Program-made: the position numbers and the translations under genes | Notes under the pieces: generated by a model | Databases searched by the model: none | What the model was told of the DNA's origin: nothing | Seen by the model: only the letters and a program-made list of their open reading frames with translations | Origin: Patescibacteria group bacterium | GTDB lineage: Bacteria; Patescibacteriota; Patescibacteriia; PEXW01 | NCBI GenBank assembly: GCA_038065235.1 | Contig: JBBTRK010000014.1 | Span: 16,629 to 80,628, forward strand | Reading direction: 5' to 3' | Length of the DNA: 64,000 nucleotides | Shown: positions 26,502-36,855 of the stretch, piece after piece | How positions within the stretch are numbered: position 1 is the first letter of the stretch | Layout: every line of letters begins with the position of its first letter

Positions 26502-29039
26502 TTATGCCTTCCGCTCCGCGACCATCGGTGGCGGGGCAGCTGCGCCGAGCTGGGAGCGTTCCAGGATTTCTTTTTCTACGGTTTCCCGCAGGACGCCGAA
26601 CTGTTTGCGTGAGAGGCTTACCAGGTGCTCAACGAGGCCAGGTGTCGCTGGGGCCAGTGGCAACGTCTTCATGGTGAATGGCTTCGACATGGTGTTGTCG
26701 ATGAGGAGCTTTACAATTGCGGTGTACTTCTCTACGTTAGTTACGTCGAAGGCACTGAAGGTGGGGGCGAACGTCTGGGCGAACGTCTCGGCATCTTCCA
26801 CACCCACGCGGAATGCCACGACTGTGCCGACGTTACCGAACACCGCGTCGCGAATTTTTGTATCTGCGCCCTGCACCAACTGCCCGACGTACTGGTGGGC
26901 AATGGTGAGGTTCAAACGGTACTTCCGCGCTTCAGAAAGGATGGTCGCGATGGAGTCGGTAATGAAATTCTGGAACTCGTCGATGTAGAGGAAAAAATCT
27001 CTGCGCTGCTCTTGGGGTAATGATGCTCGACGTAAGGCTGCCATCTGAAGCTTCGAAACAATAATGAGACCCAGGAGGTTGGCGTTCACCTCGCCAGTTG
27101 TACCTTTCGAGAGGTTCACCAGCAAAATCTTGCCTTCGTTCATAATGCGCTGGAAGTCGAAGCCGCTCTTCGATTGACCAATGACATTACGCATCATGGT
27201 GTTCTCCACAAACCGGCCGACCTTGCTAATGAGGTAGCCCAGCATTTCGGACTTATGGAAGTCGCTGGTCTTCGCCATCTCCTTTTCCCAAAACGCCCGC
27301 ACAATAGGGTCAGTCACTTTGGAGACCTTTACCTTCTGAAACACTGGGTCGGTGAACATCCGGGGGATTTCGACGATGGTACCCGGGTGCTCGGGATCGG
27401 ACATGAGCGTGAGCATGACGTTGCGCATGTTGTGCTCGAACATTGGGCCAATCATCTCGGGTGGGAAGAGTTTCATGAAAATAGAAATCATCTCCTGCAC
27501 TGCGAAGTCTTTATCCTCGGGGTTCTCGGCATCCAGCATGTTCAAACCAACCGGGGCCTGCATATCTGACGGATTGAAATGGATAACGTCCTTCAAGCGA
27601 TGGGCGGGTATCCGACCCATGATGTCGACGATGAGGTCTCCGTGCGGATCCACGACGCACACGCCATCACCGTTCGTAATGTCCTGCAAAGCCATCTGCG
27701 TCATGAGTACAGACTTGCCCACCCCAGACTTCCCAATGACGTACACGTGGCGGCGGCGGTCTTCCCGGGCCACACGGATTTTCGCCTCTTCGCCGCGGTA
27801 GTGGCTGGTGCCGAGCAGTACGCCAGTTTTTGGCAAATTGACAGGCGGAGGGGCATTGCGCGAAAGCACCCAACGAATGTTCGGAGTTTCTGTGGTGGCG
27901 AGCGGTAAGTGCCACAGGCTGGCAAGTTCTTCAATACTCAACGTGGCGTAACGAGGCCGAAGGGTGAAACGATTGCCATCGAACATTCGGTATATGAAAC
28001 TTCGAATGATTGTTTCGTTAGAGTGCCAAGCATTCTTCCAGAAACGATTCCCCGTTTCGGGGGAAGCGTACTGGCCGAAGGCAGAAATGATATTCTGTAA
28101 ACGTACGGAAGCAGATTGCTGGGTGGCACTACTGACGATAATGCGAATGTTCACGTCGAGCGCTGGCTTGGTGTTCTTCTCTTGCAGGCGTTGGATGAGT
28201 TCCTCTTGCACAGGACTGACAGGTTTGGGCATTTCCTCTTGCTGCACACTCTTCTTCGTACTGAAGAACATGCTCCAGAGCCCACCAATAATTTTCCCAA
28301 CTAAAGAAGGGTTCGCCTTCCCACCCGCACGGAGATTCCGAATGGATGCTGCGGCACGGGTATGCCAGCGGGGGTGCGAAGACCGGCACACGTACTGGAT
28401 AACCGCTGACTCATCAGGATTCAGTTTCGAGAGCGCATTGGTTAAACCCCCGAGCGGGTCAACATCCATGCGACGGTACGAGAGAATGGGGAAGAGCGAC
28501 CGTTGCCGAAGACTCAGTGCTGCGGCCGCGACGTGGGACGTGGGACGGAAAGGGTTATACTCGGGCGTGACGAGTATTTCGGCGTCAGCGTACTGGGCTT
28601 GAATCTGCTGCTCCATGAACTCTTTCATCGGCTTTGGAACCACAACGTAGAAGGTTATGAGCTCACGGTCGGCAACGATTTCTAAACTGAAGTGGTCGTT
28701 CCGCCCCCGGCCGAGCGTGTGGTACCAACGCTGCGCGCGCATGTTGCCTAGGAACGAGAAGAATGACTCCCCCACGCTAATCTGCTCCTGCATTTGCTGG
28801 ATGCGCGATGGTCCTTTCCCTGAATCCTCTTCTTGCTGCTCCTTTGGCAGCGTTACCATGAGGCAGACGAGTTTTTCGGTCGATGGTTTTGCGCTCCGTC
28901 GACGAATGATGAAGAAGATGACCAATCCGAGCCCAACCACTGCGCACGCAATACCAAACTGAACCCAAGGAAAAACCGTGGCATAGTCGTTCTCGAGGGT
29001 ACCGACCTGCGCCTGCGCCGCGTGGACGAACTGCAGCAT
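26502..29039 (-). CDS. VirD4/TraG/TrwB-like coupling ATPase
   Basis: DRRRHVYVIGKSGVGKS, VDPHGD, LYIDEFQNF, LSEARKY...AHQY, FGNVG. Confidence 0.88.
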   Translation of the reverse strand: MLQFVHAAQAQVGTLENDYATVFPWVQFGIACAVVGLGLVIFFIIRRRSAKPSTEKLVCLMVTLPKEQQEEDSGKGPSRIQQMQEQISVGESFFSFLGNMRAQRWYHTLGRGRNDHFSLEIVADRELITFYVVVPKPMKEFMEQQIQAQYADAEILVTPEYNPFRPTSHVAAAALSLRQRSLFPILSYRRMDVDPLGGLTNALSKLNPDESAVIQYVCRSSHPRWHTRAAASIRNLRAGGKANPSLVGKIIGGLWSMFFSTKKSVQQEEMPKPVSPVQEELIQRLQEKNTKPALDVNIRIIVSSATQQSASVRLQNIISAFGQYASPETGNRFWKNAWHSNETIIRSFIYRMFDGNRFTLRPRYATLSIEELASLWHLPLATTETPNIRWVLSRNAPPPVNLPKTGVLLGTSHYRGEEAKIRVAREDRRRHVYVIGKSGVGKSVLMTQMALQDITNGDGVCVVDPHGDLIVDIMGRIPAHRLKDVIHFNPSDMQAPVGLNMLDAENPEDKDFAVQEMISIFMKLFPPEMIGPMFEHNMRNVMLTLMSDPEHPGTIVEIPRMFTDPVFQKVKVSKVTDPIVRAFWEKEMAKTSDFHKSEMLGYLISKVGRFVENTMMRNVIGQSKSGFDFQRIMNEGKILLVNLSKGTTGEVNANLLGLIIVSKLQMAALRRASLPQEQRRDFFLYIDEFQNFITDSIATILSEARKYRLNLTIAHQYVGQLVQGADTKIRDAVFGNVGTVVAFRVGVEDAETFAQTFAPTFSAFDVTNVEKYTAIVKLLIDNTMSKPFTMKTLPLAPATPGLVEHLVSLSRKQFGVLRETVEKEILERSQLGAAAPPPMVAERKA

Positions 29040-29040
29040 A

Positions 29041-29559
29041 CTATTCTTCTCTAGCGACTAAACGGACGAGCTTTTGGGCTTTGATTTTTGCCTCTTGCTC
29101 CACGAAGAACTGGTTCACCCCGGGGAGCGTGCCGAGCCACTTCTTGAGCACGGCAATGACCGCATCGAGCTTCACCTTCACCTGTGCTAGAAGACCAGAT
29201 ACTTCTCGCGCGGCTATCTCCCCTGCCACCTTGAACTTCTGCTGCTCTGCCGGTGGCAAGGCGATGAAAATGTCATGGAGCCCTTCGGAAAGAACCGACT
29301 CAATCTGTTTCAGCTGTTGCTCTTCGGTGTTGATTGGCAAAGGCATGGTAGCCGGCGGGGTCTGGCTGGGGAACTCCTTCACCTGAGATGGAACCTCTTG
29401 GTGCGGCTCGAATCGGGAACCGTGCTGCTCCAAGGCCTCGCGAACCTTCTCGGGCCGCACTTCAGGTACACCGCTCTGCCCTTGCTCCACGAACGCAAAA
29501 ATGTCTTCCGGCTCTTTCTCCGGTAGGTTTTCGGGACGGGTTTGCGCTGGTGTAGACAT
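29041..29559 (-). CDS. Hypothetical protein upstream of the coupling ATPase
   Basis: 172 aa; low-complexity N-terminus, globular C-terminus (WLGTLPGVNQFFVEQEAKIK). Confidence 0.75.
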   Translation of the reverse strand: MSTPAQTRPENLPEKEPEDIFAFVEQGQSGVPEVRPEKVREALEQHGSRFEPHQEVPSQVKEFPSQTPPATMPLPINTEEQQLKQIESVLSEGLHDIFIALPPAEQQKFKVAGEIAAREVSGLLAQVKVKLDAVIAVLKKWLGTLPGVNQFFVEQEAKIKAQKLVRLVAREE

Positions 29560-29592
29560 ACGGGCAGTATAGCACTGACCCCGATTTCCACT

Positions 29593-29907
29593 CTACGGTT
29601 CCTGCGATGGTGGGGTTGCCGGTGGTTCTTGTAGTTTCAATTTCTCCTGCTTACGCTGCACCCACAGCGTATGGAAATACATGTACGTACCGGTTAGAGC
29701 CATGATGAAGAGCACAATACTGAAGTACGTACTCACTTGCCCGTGCAAGTACCGTACACGACCAGCGGATAACCACGCCGGCAGCCACTCGAACCAGCTC
29801 GGGTACCGCATGATGGAACCCGTACCCGACATAACCACGAACAACCCAAGGAAGATTAGCACGAGGTACCGGTGGATTCTTCGACTGAACGTGTAGAGAT
29901 TAATCAT
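29593..29907 (-). CDS. Two-helix PepSY-associated TM protein
   Basis: RRIHRYL...MSGTG and YLHG...MALTGTYMY; start moved to ATG 29907. Confidence 0.7.
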   Translation of the reverse strand: MINLYTFSRRIHRYLVLIFLGLFVVMSGTGSIMRYPSWFEWLPAWLSAGRVRYLHGQVSTYFSIVLFIMALTGTYMYFHTLWVQRKQEKLKLQEPPATPPSQEP

Positions 29908-30406
29908 CGTCTTCATCCTCCCGTTCCCCGCTTTGTGGAATAAGCGTACTAACATTGGCATTCACTTGGGTGATCGTATTCGCTGTCGTCGTACTGCCGA
30001 GTGTTCCCAAGCGGAGAGCAGCTAGGTCAGCGCTCGCGCTTGATGAATGCGTGCCATTACCACCGCGAGTTGCAAAAGCTGTGGTCGCGTCCTTCCCGCA
30101 ATACGGAATAATACGACTTGCGCCTCCCGGGTGTTTGGTGAGATACCCGGTCACGGCGTACACTCCCTTACTGACAATGATCCAGCAGTCACTTGCACTA
30201 CTGTGCCTCGCAACTGTTGCAACATCGAGATTAACCGAAGGAGAAGCTGAGGCAGAGGTATTCGTGAGCCCTGACGTAGTATTCGTCGTGGGGCTACTAA
30301 CGAAGGGAACTGAAATAACTAAACTATCGTACCGAGCCGAAAAAAACGCGACAATTCCAACAACGGCAACGAGACCGACAAGTCCAATGGTATTCTCTGT
30401 CTTCAT
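29900..30406 (-). CDS. Membrane-anchored cytochrome b5-like heme-binding protein
   Basis: VARHSSASDCWII...VY...HPGG...CGKDAT...HS. Confidence 0.9.
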   Translation of the reverse strand: MKTENTIGLVGLVAVVGIVAFFSARYDSLVISVPFVSSPTTNTTSGLTNTSASASPSVNLDVATVARHSSASDCWIIVSKGVYAVTGYLTKHPGGASRIIPYCGKDATTAFATRGGNGTHSSSASADLAALRLGTLGSTTTANTITQVNANVSTLIPQSGEREDEDDD

Positions 30407-30466
30407 AGGGGTAGCGCAAGAATAGCATCTGTGCGCGTTCTATTAGAGCCCTGTACCATATGGCTG

Positions 30467-31054
30467 CTACTCGCCGAGTGCTTGGGCAACTTTCCCAGCA
30501 ATCTTCAGGTCTGGTACAAGATCTTTGCCATTGGTATCCCAACTCACCGGGCAAGCATGGCCGGGGTTATTGCGCACATAGGTCAAGGCTCGGAGCTTCC
30601 GCACTATTTCGCTTGCCGAACGGCCAATGTTCTCGGCCACAACTTCTGCTGACTGGAGCAAACCTTCAGGATCGATAATGTACACACCCCGATCTGCAAT
30701 GCCACTGACTTCATTAAGAATACCAAGTGTTCGGGCAAGGAGCCCGGCGTGATCAGCAGCCAGTGGGTAACGCACATCTTTGAGTAAGGTCTCGGTTTCG
30801 ACCCATGCTTTATGGGTGTAGACCGTGTCTGTACTCACCGCCAGAACCTCTGCCCCAAGTGCCTGAATGTCGACGTAATTCCTGGCAAGGTCACGTAATT
30901 CAGTTGGACACACGTACGTGAAGTCCGCCGGGTAAAAAAACACTACAAGCCACTTCCCTTTGAATGCAGCGAGGTTTACATCCTTGCGGCTGCTATCGTG
31001 TGGATGGTACGTATCAAGATTGAAGTCTGGAAATGCTTGGCCAATTTTGGGCAT
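30467..31054 (-). CDS. ahpC: 2-Cys peroxiredoxin (AhpC family)
   Basis: FFYPADFTYVCPTE, IGRS, resolving Cys in ACPVSW. Confidence 0.92.
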   Translation of the reverse strand: MPKIGQAFPDFNLDTYHPHDSSRKDVNLAAFKGKWLVVFFYPADFTYVCPTELRDLARNYVDIQALGAEVLAVSTDTVYTHKAWVETETLLKDVRYPLAADHAGLLARTLGILNEVSGIADRGVYIIDPEGLLQSAEVVAENIGRSASEIVRKLRALTYVRNNPGHACPVSWDTNGKDLVPDLKIAGKVAQALGE

Positions 31055-31072
31055 AGGGATATTACTCAGGAC

Positions 31073-31885
31073 TTAAACTGGGCGAAGTGTGCCTGCGAAC
31101 ACCTGCCAGGCCAGCAGTGACTTCGCCACGAGGCTGAGGATAATATACGCTCGCTCACCGTAAAGGTAATCCTTCCACTTCCCAATCTTCTTGTACTGCA
31201 ACACCATATTGATTGCGAAGCAGTTGAAGAACAGGAAGATGGAAAAGAAAATCCAGTACACGAACGTCGGTGCGTGTCCGTTTGGCCCGCCCGAACCGAA
31301 GAGGTAGAACGCGACAATGAGCCAAGGGACGAAACCGGCAATACTCCCGAAAATGAATGACGTCCAATCAGTGCGCTTCGTCGTCTGGTTGTGCAACTCC
31401 ATCATCCAGCCAAAGAGCAACATCATCATGTTCAGGAAGAAAATGAGAAGGAGACTAGAGAGGTCGGCCATACCCGTGAGCATGACGACGATGACAATCA
31501 TGAGCGAACTGGAAAACGCGTACTCAATCCAGCGTGCCAAGTTCATGCCTTTCTTCAAATTGTTCTCGTACCATGCTCGCACCGTTGGGAGGCACGATAC
31601 CGCGAAGTGCGCAAAGGCAGAGAGAAAGAAAAAACCTGCAACGAGCGGCCCAATTTGAATATCTGCAATGGTCTTGAGTACGGGCACAAGCATGTTCCGA
31701 ATTGGATCCATCTGCACATACGCCGTAGTCACCGGCAAATTGAAGCTGCTGCTAGCAAAGAGCAACGCCACACCTTGCAAGAAGTGCAAACATGCCATAA
31801 CGATGTTGAACCGATAGAGCTTCTTCAACTTACGCTGCGTAGAGGTGATGGCGGGCATTTCGATAGACGTTGATGTTACTTTCAT
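31073..31885 (-). CDS. Heliorhodopsin
   Basis: FN...LHFLQ, AHF, N-x-ARWIEY-x-x-SSSLM, LFGWMME, ERAYIILSLVAKSLLAW (retinal Lys). Confidence 0.95.
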   Translation of the reverse strand: MKVTSTSIEMPAITSTQRKLKKLYRFNIVMACLHFLQGVALLFASSSFNLPVTTAYVQMDPIRNMLVPVLKTIADIQIGPLVAGFFFLSAFAHFAVSCLPTVRAWYENNLKKGMNLARWIEYAFSSSLMIVIVVMLTGMADLSSLLLIFFLNMMMLLFGWMMELHNQTTKRTDWTSFIFGSIAGFVPWLIVAFYLFGSGGPNGHAPTFVYWIFFSIFLFFNCFAINMVLQYKKIGKWKDYLYGERAYIILSLVAKSLLAWQVFAGTLRPV

Positions 31886-32026
31886 GAGCACTAACAGTAT
31901 AGCTAAAACATCAAAGGTTTAAAATGTACTACCCCATTGACTGCCTTGTTACCCAGGTATAGGCTAGGCAACTCAACAGAAACCTTGTTCATTCCCAAAC
32001 ACCCAAATTGAAAGGAGGGTACAAAT

Positions 32027-32611
32027 ATGTACCGTCGGGTGACAATTGCCATACTCATGGCCATAGTGGCGCTCAGCTTAGTTGCTGGTTGCAACAAGCA
32101 GGAGATCGCAGATCTCAAAACCCAAATCGCTGACAAAGATAATATCCTCGTCAGCACGAATAGCGAGAATGCGATCTTGCGAGAAAACCTCGCTCGAGTA
32201 AATGCTGAGCGTGTGTCTGTCATGCAGGAACGGGATAGCTTGCAGAAAATTGTCCAAACACATGGTAGCGAGAATGCACAGCTGCGGACGACGCTCGGGC
32301 AAGTGAAAGCGCAAGCGACGCATGACTTGAAAGAGTTTGCCGATGCTACCGTAATCTTCCATGACCGCCAGGTGACCTGTGAAGCTACTGATGATTCACT
32401 CCGTCACGAACTGCTGAGATTGAGTGCAACAAACGATTCGTGCACAATATCATTGAATGCCTGTGACCAATTCTCGACAGACATTAATCAGTGGCGAGAG
32501 TACTACGAGCTAGAATCACACCGTAGTTGGTGGAAAAAATTCTGGGGTGCTGGCAAACACACGCCACCGCCATTCCCAGATCCGACACACGAGACATTTC
32601 TCTCAAGGTAA
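32027..32611 (+). CDS. Coiled-coil lipoprotein
   Basis: Lipobox LVAG-C; AAGGAGG SD; promoter TTGACT-N17-TAGGCT (31937-31965). Confidence 0.7.
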   Translation: MYRRVTIAILMAIVALSLVAGCNKQEIADLKTQIADKDNILVSTNSENAILRENLARVNAERVSVMQERDSLQKIVQTHGSENAQLRTTLGQVKAQATHDLKEFADATVIFHDRQVTCEATDDSLRHELLRLSATNDSCTISLNACDQFSTDINQWREYYELESHRSWWKKFWGAGKHTPPPFPDPTHETFLSR

Positions 32612-32621
32612 TACACATTCG

Positions 32622-32658
32622 AAAAAAGCGGGGAATACTTTTCCCCGCTCTTATTTTT
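32622..32658. terminator. Intrinsic terminator
   Basis: AGCGGGGAA/TTCCCCGCT stem with A- and T-rich flanks. Confidence 0.75.
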
Positions 32659-32739
32659 ATCCTTTAGACTTGATAGGAAAGTTCCGTTCTGCCACTATGT
32701 GCATTCGAAAACAAACAACATATAGATATTGGAGAAACA

Positions 32740-33003
32740 GTGAAAATACGAAACACATACATGGATCAGCACATTGGGGAGAATGGAACTCTCATTGCCA
32801 GGATTACCCACGATGACCCCGAGGCAATTGAAGAGTACGTGAAGGCCTTACGCATTCACGCGAAAACGCCCCACATCGACTGGTTCTACATCGTAAATAC
32901 TATTGCCGTAGTAAAGGCAATCGGCGATCTGCCCCAACTCCGTCTAAGAGCAAAAGAGGTATTCCCTCCCAACTGTTCCATTCCCCTGCACCTTGTGGTG
33001 TAG
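32740..33003 (+). CDS. Small hypothetical protein
   Basis: 87 aa; GGAG SD before the GTG; terminator downstream. Confidence 0.55.
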   Translation: MKIRNTYMDQHIGENGTLIARITHDDPEAIEEYVKALRIHAKTPHIDWFYIVNTIAVVKAIGDLPQLRLRAKEVFPPNCSIPLHLVV

Positions 33004-33027
33004 AAGAACGCTCGTCACGAACACTAC

Positions 33028-33062
33028 GAACATCCATTCGCACTGAATGGATGTTTCTTTTT
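33028..33062 (+). terminator. Intrinsic terminator
   Basis: AACATCCATTC/GAATGGATGTT stem plus T-run. Confidence 0.75.
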
Positions 33063-33074
33063 GACGTGAAATCG

Positions 33075-33473
33075 CTATTCCGTAGTCTGCCCGTCAAAGT
33101 CAGCCTCGTTGGCAGCTGCTTCCGCTTTCGTCGTCCGGACAATCTGATCCTTATGGTGGGCTGGGCTGTAGAGCGTGTAAAGTTTCAACGGTTCGGTTGC
33201 CGAGGTGTTGATGACGTTGTGCTTTGCACCGGCAGGCACGATGACTGCTGACCCGTCCTGCACCATAGACTCATTACCATCGATAATGACTTTCCCCTGC
33301 CCGGCTTCGAAGCGGAAGAATTGGTCATTGTCTGGGTGCACCTCCATGCCAATCTCCTCGCTCGGCTGCAGACACATAAGCACCAGCTGCGTGTGCTTGG
33401 CGGTGTACAGCACCTTGCGAAAATTCGTATTCGCGATGGTTTCTTGCTCGATGTTCTGGTTGAATCCGTGCAT
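33075..33473 (-). CDS. Cupin domain protein
   Basis: NFRKVLYT...QLVLM...EIGMEVH...DQFFRFE, VPAGAKHN, LYTLYSPAHH. Confidence 0.92.
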   Translation of the reverse strand: MHGFNQNIEQETIANTNFRKVLYTAKHTQLVLMCLQPSEEIGMEVHPDNDQFFRFEAGQGKVIIDGNESMVQDGSAVIVPAGAKHNVINTSATEPLKLYTLYSPAHHKDQIVRTTKAEAAANEADFDGQTTE

Positions 33474-33537
33474 AGTGAATTACTGATAAAGGTGAAACCT
33501 CTACCTATAAACTACCACGCTTTTGGGATAGCTAAAA

Positions 33538-33960
33538 CTACACGTTCTTCCGGTGTTTCCGCACCACCTTCAGGCGCGCCAGCTCTTTGGCCATGGCAGC
33601 CTGTGCATCGGCAAAACCAACATCGTCCGTCGCGCGCTCTTGCATGAGCTGCTGAGCCTTCTCTCGTGCTGCTTGGGCGCGCGTCTCGTCAATTTCGTGC
33701 GCGTGCTCGGCGGTGTCGGCCAGAATAACGACCCGGTTATCTCGGACTTCAATGAAGCCACCGGACACGGCCATGACCTGCTCTTCACCAGTAGTTGTCA
33801 CCGCATGGAGTTCACCTGGAGCGAGCAATGAGACGAGGGGGATGTGATCGGGCAGCAACCCAATTTCACCATCGACTGTGAAAACGTTGACGCTGCTGAC
33901 CTCGGATTCGAGGACAATGCGCTCTGGCGTGGTGATAGTGAGGTGGAGGGACTTGGGCAT
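33538..33960 (-). CDS. atpC: ATP synthase F1 epsilon
   Basis: ITTPER, GEIGLLPDH, VSGGF, ILADTAE. Confidence 0.96.
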   Translation of the reverse strand: MPKSLHLTITTPERIVLESEVSSVNVFTVDGEIGLLPDHIPLVSLLAPGELHAVTTTGEEQVMAVSGGFIEVRDNRVVILADTAEHAHEIDETRAQAAREKAQQLMQERATDDVGFADAQAAMAKELARLKVVRKHRKNV

Positions 33961-33966
33961 AGTCGT

Positions 33967-35343
<1,377 letters not shown>

Positions 35344-35443
35344 TTATTTATTCATCCAAGTGCAGGTCTCCGTGCCTGCGCGGACAGAGACACCCGCGCT
35401 TGGACAAATTGTAATGAATTATTGAAGAGATAGTATTTACTTT

Positions 35444-35536
35444 TGTCATCCTGAACCCCGAGTATGCCGAGGGGTGAAGGATCTTGCCTGCCGCTTTATT
35501 GGCCCGCAGGATCCTTCGCTGCTGCTCAGGATGACA
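35444..35536 (+). repeat. 93-bp palindromic element (TGTCAT...ATGACA), copy 1
   Basis: Terminal inverted repeats; near-identical to 35848-35940 except the central loop. Confidence 0.9.
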
Positions 35537-35662
35537 CGGGTTGAAGAGGTGGGTCAGGAGCGAAATTGTTTTCGCCCCTCACGTTTCCCTTCAGGGGGTT
35601 GACAGTTTATCCAAACTCATATCATACTTGGCTAACAAACACACGTTACTAGGAGAGTACAC

Positions 35663-35773
35663 ATGAACATTGTTCTGGTGATTCTTTGGGGGTTACTGGT
35701 CACTGGATGCTTGGTTTTGGCTTGGGTAATCATCCGCCCTGACAAACGCCGAACCAACGATGACCATCCGTAA
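35663..35773 (+). CDS. 36-aa single-TM peptide, antisense within the atp operon
   Basis: MNIVLVILWGLLVTGCLVLAWVIIRPDKRRTNDDHP; AGGAG SD; TTGACA-N18-CATACT promoter (35599-35628); terminator 35789-35826. Confidence 0.65.
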   Translation: MNIVLVILWGLLVTGCLVLAWVIIRPDKRRTNDDHP

Positions 35774-35847
35774 ACTTGTAACTAGTTTAGAAGCGCTATG
35801 ACTACCTCGTGGCGCTTCTTTTTTTTGGAAGGAACGGTTTTCTTTAC

Positions 35848-35940
35848 TGTCATCCTGAACCCCGAGTATGCCGAGGGGTGAAGGATCTTGCCTGCCTGTT
35901 AACCGACCTGCAAGATTCTTCGCTGCTGCTCAGAATGACA
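35848..35940 (+). repeat. 93-bp palindromic element, copy 2
   Basis: TGTCATCCTGAACCCCGAGTATGCCGAGGGGTGAAGGATCTTGCCTGCC...CTTCGCTGCTGCTCAGAATGACA. Confidence 0.9.
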
Positions 35941-35954
35941 AGAAAGAAAAAGAG

Positions 35955-36851
35955 CTACTCCAACGCCGCCCTACCGGCGGAAATTTCCGCGATCTCTCGC
36001 GTAATGCTGGCTTGGCGCACTTGGTTATAAGTGAGGTTGAGATCTTCAATGAGCTCTTCGGCCGAGTCTGTCGCGTTGCGCATTGCCACCATGCGGGCGG
36101 CGTGCTCGGACGCGAGTGACTCCAGCACCACCTGGTACAGCTGGCTGGTCACGAGGTTCCGCAACATTTTCTCCAGCACGGCTTCGGCGTTCGGTTCGAA
36201 AAGGTAGGGGTTCTGGAAGCCTTCAATATCTTGCATCGCAATGGAGCTATCAACGTCATCCAACACTTCTTTGAGTTCTTGTTTGCGGATTGGCAGCACC
36301 TGGCGGCTCCAGACTTTCTGCACGAGGGTAGAACGGAAATCAGTGTAAACCACGAAAACTTTATCGTACACGCCAGTAACGTAGTCATTGATGGCAATCT
36401 TCACCACGGGTTGTAGGTCCGCCACAGTCGGGTGGGTGTGGGCATTCGGAAACGCTGCAACAATATTCACGTTGAGGCGACGCAGCGCGTCAGCCGCTTT
36501 CGTGCCCACCGTAATGACATCGACGGGCACAGTCTGCGCTTTCAGAACGTCCAATGTCTGGCGGACAATATTCGTATTTAACCCGCCTGCCAAGCCGCGG
36601 TCGGAGCTGACGACAATGACCGCCACGCGCTTCACCTCGCGCTCGATGAGGAGCGGGTGAAGTTCACGGTTCGTCACGGCGCTCACGTTGGTGAGTACAT
36701 CCCAGGCAGCCTTGGCGTAGGCGCGCGTCGCCAGGGCCTGCTGCACGGCACGGCGCATCTTGGACGCAGCCACGAGTTCCATGGCTTTGGTAATCTTCTT
36801 GGTATTGCCGACGGACTTTATGCGTCGCCGAATGTCGAGCGTACTAGCCAT
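35955..36851 (-). CDS. atpG: ATP synthase F1 gamma
   Basis: KITKAMELVAASK, SDRGLAGG, RQASITREIAEI. Confidence 0.98.
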   Translation of the reverse strand: MASTLDIRRRIKSVGNTKKITKAMELVAASKMRRAVQQALATRAYAKAAWDVLTNVSAVTNRELHPLLIEREVKRVAVIVVSSDRGLAGGLNTNIVRQTLDVLKAQTVPVDVITVGTKAADALRRLNVNIVAAFPNAHTHPTVADLQPVVKIAINDYVTGVYDKVFVVYTDFRSTLVQKVWSRQVLPIRKQELKEVLDDVDSSIAMQDIEGFQNPYLFEPNAEAVLEKMLRNLVTSQLYQVVLESLASEHAARMVAMRNATDSAEELIEDLNLTYNQVRQASITREIAEISAGRAALE

Positions 36852-36855
36852 AATT

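Larger units (their letters stand above)
25515..26525. mobile_element. Integrase-less cassette bounded by 19-bp direct repeats
   Basis: CCTTCCGCTCCGCGACCAT at 25515-25533 and 26507-26525; AT-rich interior. Confidence 0.75.

Noticed and set aside
26502-29039. Conjugative element or T4SS island
   Set aside because: No relaxase, mating-pair genes or integrase; lone coupling-like ATPases are common chromosomal genes in CPR
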